Shown here piece by piece: positions 60,850 through 64,000 of a stretch of 64,000 nt of DNA; position 1 is the first letter of the stretch; each line of letters begins with the position of its first letter. The notes under the pieces are model-generated. The model was given only the letters and a program-made list of their open reading frames with translations, made no database searches and was not told the DNA's origin. The position numbers were made by a program, and so were the translations under genes. The stretch is from an uncultured Candidatus Binatia bacterium (GTDB lineage Bacteria; Desulfobacterota; Binatia; Bin18): positions 3,840,001-3,904,000 of the forward strand of contig OZ243961.1 of assembly GCA_965214605.1 (NCBI GenBank). The letters run 5' to 3'.

Positions 60850-61737
60850 ATGAAGTTTGCACTGATGGGGGTTGGCAGTGGTTCAACGGCCCGCCCCGAT
60901 ATTCTCGTCCAGGTTGCCCAAAAGGGCGAAGAGCTGGGCTTTGAGTCGGCCTGGATTCCGGAACACTTGGCCGTGCCGGTGGAGATGAAGGCTCGCTACC
61001 CAGGCTCGGCCGATGGCAAGTTTCCCGGCGGGTCCGGCGTGGCGCTGCACGACCCGTTTGTGGCCCTGTCGTTTGTGGCGGCTCAGACTACGACGCTCAA
61101 GCTTGGTACCGGCGTTTTTGTCCTGCCGCTGCGCAACACAATCAGCGTGGCCAAAGCGGTTGCGAGTTTGGACGTGCTGTCGCGGGGACGGGTTATTTTT
61201 GGTATCGGCGTCGGCTGGTGTGAAGAGGAGTTTGACGCCGTTGGTATGCCGTTTAAGAACCGGGCTGGCCGGACTCGGGAAGCGGTGAGCGTGATGCGGG
61301 CGCTGTGGACCGAAGAAACGCCACAATTTGCCGGCACTCATCATCGTTTTCAGCCGGTCGGCTTTAACCCCAAACCGGTCCAGAAACCGCATCCCCCCGT
61401 AGTCTTTGGCGGCGACAGTCGAGCGGCCCTCAAGCGCACGGCCGAACTGGCCGATGGCTGGTGCGGCCTGCGCTATACGCCGGACAGCGTCAGGCCCTAT
61501 CTGGCGACCCTCAAGGAACTGACCGAGCAGGCCGGCCGTGACTTTGCTCAGCTTGAAATCACGGTCGGACTCGATCCAAGTGTCGAGCTGAGGCTCGACA
61601 CCGTGAAACGCTTTGAGGACGCCGGAGTGCACCGGCTGTTTGCTTTTTCTCCGGGTTGGATACGCCGGTCGCGTTTTGACACCGACCTGTACCCGTCCAT
61701 GGAACGCTTTGCCAATCAGGTGATGGCCCGCACATAA
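60850..61737 (+). CDS. LLM-class, probably F420-dependent oxidoreductase (Rv2161c-like)
   Basis: GFESAWIPEH, GIGVGW..EEF, PKPVQ.PHPP. Confidence 0.88.
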   Translation: MKFALMGVGSGSTARPDILVQVAQKGEELGFESAWIPEHLAVPVEMKARYPGSADGKFPGGSGVALHDPFVALSFVAAQTTTLKLGTGVFVLPLRNTISVAKAVASLDVLSRGRVIFGIGVGWCEEEFDAVGMPFKNRAGRTREAVSVMRALWTEETPQFAGTHHRFQPVGFNPKPVQKPHPPVVFGGDSRAALKRTAELADGWCGLRYTPDSVRPYLATLKELTEQAGRDFAQLEITVGLDPSVELRLDTVKRFEDAGVHRLFAFSPGWIRRSRFDTDLYPSMERFANQVMART

Positions 61738-61747
61738 GGAGCAGCGG

Positions 61748-62722
61748 ATGAGCAGAGTCCCTATCCCCCGTCGACATTTTCTGAAGAATGCAGGCCGGCT
61801 GGCCGCGCTGGCCGCCTTTGCCGGACGTTGGTCTCTCCCAAAGGCCGAGGCTGCCTCGCATAGCCCGCTCAGCTTCGGTATTCAAACCCCTCCGCAGAAT
61901 GTGACCTATAGTGAGCTACAGCAGACCTGGCTGGAGGCCGATGAGCTTGGCTACGATAGCGCGTTTGGTTTCGATCATTTTTTCCCTATCGTCACCGACC
62001 CCACCGGTCCGTGTCTAGAGGGCTGGACCCTACTGTCGGCCCTGGCCGCCCAGACCAAGCGGCTCAAGGTCGGCCTGCTGGTGACCGGCAATACCTACCG
62101 TAACCCGGCCGTGCTGGCCAAAATGGCGGCGACCGTGGATCACGTCAGCAACGGCCGGCTGATTCTCGGTCTGGGTGCGGGCTGGTTTGAGCTGGAGCAC
62201 CGGGCCTTCGATATCCCGTACTATACGGCTGGCCAGCGCGCCCGGCGCCTGGTCGAAGCGGTCGAGCTGATCAAGCTGTTGTTCACCCAAGAAAGGACAA
62301 CCTACAACGGCAAACACTACACGATCACTGACGCGCCGTTTGAACCCAAGCCGATCCAGAAGCCCCATCCCCCGCTTCTCATTGGTGGAATGGGCCCCAG
62401 AGTCATTCAGCCGCTGGCCGCCCGTCACGCCGATATCTGGCATTTCTTTGTGCGCGACGGCGGGGTGGAGGCGGTGCGAAAAACCTGTGCCGACTTTGAT
62501 ACCGTGTGTCAACAAGTCGGCCGCAATCCCGCCGCGGTGCAGAAGTCCGTCTCTCTACGCCCTCCGCTCCTTGAGCGACCGTCTGCCGAGATCATTCAGC
62601 AGGTCAAAGACTTGCAACAGGCCGGAGTGCAGTATTTCATTCTCTCATTGTTTGAGAATCTGGACCGCCAGCTGATACGGCGCTTTGCCACGGAGGTGCT
62701 GCCCGAATTCCGGCAGGCCTGA
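61748..62722 (+). CDS. LLM-class, probably F420-dependent oxidoreductase (Rv1855c-like) with Tat-like leader
   Basis: FDHF, LVTGNTYRNP..LAKMAATVD, GLGAGW; N-terminal PRRHFLK. Confidence 0.88.
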   Translation: MSRVPIPRRHFLKNAGRLAALAAFAGRWSLPKAEAASHSPLSFGIQTPPQNVTYSELQQTWLEADELGYDSAFGFDHFFPIVTDPTGPCLEGWTLLSALAAQTKRLKVGLLVTGNTYRNPAVLAKMAATVDHVSNGRLILGLGAGWFELEHRAFDIPYYTAGQRARRLVEAVELIKLLFTQERTTYNGKHYTITDAPFEPKPIQKPHPPLLIGGMGPRVIQPLAARHADIWHFFVRDGGVEAVRKTCADFDTVCQQVGRNPAAVQKSVSLRPPLLERPSAEIIQQVKDLQQAGVQYFILSLFENLDRQLIRRFATEVLPEFRQA

Positions 62723-62741
62723 ACAGAGACAGGAGTGGACG

Positions 62742-63935
62742 ATGCAGCACAGGGTCCCTGCGGTATTCATGCGTGGCGGCACGAGCCGGGCGGTCTGCTT
62801 TCGGGAAGACGACTTAGCAGGCTACGACCACCCGACGCGCGAGCGAATTATCCTGGCCGCCTTGGGCAGTCCCGATAGATACGGCCGCCAGGTCGATGGG
62901 CTCGGCGGTGGTATTTCCTCCCTCAGCAAGGTGGCGATCATCGGGAAAAGCACCCGCAGTGACGCTGATGTCACGTTCACCTTTGGGCAGGTCGACGTGC
63001 GTACCCCGACGATTGATTGGCGGATCACCTGCGGCAATATTTCGGCTGCAGTTGGTCCGTTTGCCATTGACGAGGGCTTGGTACCCGCGGTTGAGCCGTT
63101 CACCCGCGTCCGGGTTTTGGCGACCAATACCGGTAAACATTACATCGCCCAGGTGCCGGTTCGTCACGGCCAGGCCGCAGTTGAGGGGGAGTACACGATT
63201 GACGGCGTGCCAGCTCCCGGGGCATGTATCCGGCTTGAATACCTAGATCCCGGAGGGTCTCTGGGGGGTGCGGTGCTGCCAACCGGCCGGCCCTGCCAAG
63301 CGCTGAGCTTAGCCGGCGGTCGGCGCGTTACCATTTCGGTGGTCGACGCCGCCGTTCCGACCGTTTTCGTCTTGGCTGAAGAGTTGGCGGTTGATGCCCG
63401 GCTCCTGGCGTCTGAGCTTGATAGCGACCACGGTTTGCAGACCACCCTTGAAGAAATACGCTGCCGGGCGGCCGTTCTGCTAGGTGTGGCTGACAGCCCC
63501 GAAGACGCTCACCACTACAGTCCGGCCTCGCCAAAGATCACCCTCCTTGCCCCGTCGGCCTCCTATACCAGCAGCGACGGTAAAGAGGTGGGAGCCGACC
63601 AGATTGATGTGCTGGGTCGGGCGATTTCTATGGGCAACACCCACCGAACCTTTCCCGCCACGGTGTCAATGTGTACGGCTGTAGCGGTGGCGGTGGAAGG
63701 TACGGTCGCCCAGCAGGTAGCCCGGACGGGCTCGGCCGAGAAACTCCGCATCGGTCATCCAGCCGGCATTATGGAGGTCGGAGCCAAGGTGAAATGCTGC
63801 GGGTCAGAGTGGCGGGCCGAGAGTGTCTTTACCCGGCGTACCGCCCGCCGAATTATGGAAGGGCATATTCTTGTTCCTCAACACTATGTGAATGGAACCC
63901 CGTGGTTTGCCGACGAAGATCCTAGGTCGGTTTAG
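62742..63935 (+). CDS. PrpF family isomerase
   Basis: MRGGTSR, DGLGGG.SSLSK, CGN, HPAG, RTARRIMEG. Confidence 0.9.
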   Translation: MQHRVPAVFMRGGTSRAVCFREDDLAGYDHPTRERIILAALGSPDRYGRQVDGLGGGISSLSKVAIIGKSTRSDADVTFTFGQVDVRTPTIDWRITCGNISAAVGPFAIDEGLVPAVEPFTRVRVLATNTGKHYIAQVPVRHGQAAVEGEYTIDGVPAPGACIRLEYLDPGGSLGGAVLPTGRPCQALSLAGGRRVTISVVDAAVPTVFVLAEELAVDARLLASELDSDHGLQTTLEEIRCRAAVLLGVADSPEDAHHYSPASPKITLLAPSASYTSSDGKEVGADQIDVLGRAISMGNTHRTFPATVSMCTAVAVAVEGTVAQQVARTGSAEKLRIGHPAGIMEVGAKVKCCGSEWRAESVFTRRTARRIMEGHILVPQHYVNGTPWFADEDPRSV

Positions 63936-64000
63936 TGGCGCCTGAGCCGACACTGTTCTACGCCTCAGCGGCTGTACTTGACAGCAAAACCCTCCAATTC

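Overview
GC-rich bacterial chromosome segment. The gene set resembles Candidatus Binatia/Desulfobacterota-type sponge symbionts; that placement is inference only. It has three parts. (1) 1-23750 is mostly intact metabolic DNA: an ActA/ActB-like pair divergent from a probable lanthanide-type PQQ alcohol dehydrogenase cluster, grxD/bolA, an acyl-CoA cluster bracketed by two tiny desulforedoxin-like genes, YgfZ-like, Leu dehydrogenase, HpaB/AbfD-family, SMP-30 and NUDIX genes. (2) About 24554-53141 is a 28.6-kb accessory island bounded by near-perfect ~170-bp inverted repeats. It holds duplicated plasmid-like modules (tyrosine recombinase with dif-like site, small membrane/coiled-coil peptides, ArdC), IS630 remnants, HicAB, glycosyltransferases and defence cargo. 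The defence cargo is an RloC-like ATPase/HEPN gene, an MTase-HNH remnant, a decayed Bub-type ubiquitin-like operon and a translationally coupled operon of a DEDD prokaryotic Argonaute, a 120-aa helical protein and a HEXXH metallopeptidase-like protein. The island also has two covarying copies of a tRNA-shaped RNA with an extended anticodon arm, and one solitary type I-C CRISPR repeat. (3) 53150-64000 is again mostly intact metabolic genes (PIG3-type reductase, pdxJ, ArgE-like, Zn-ADH, two LLM oxidoreductases, PrpF-like). The best novelty candidates are the pAgo-peptidase operon and the tRNA-like RNA. All calls are by eye and no database search was run. Many island genes are frameshifted, which may be decay, consensus error or both.
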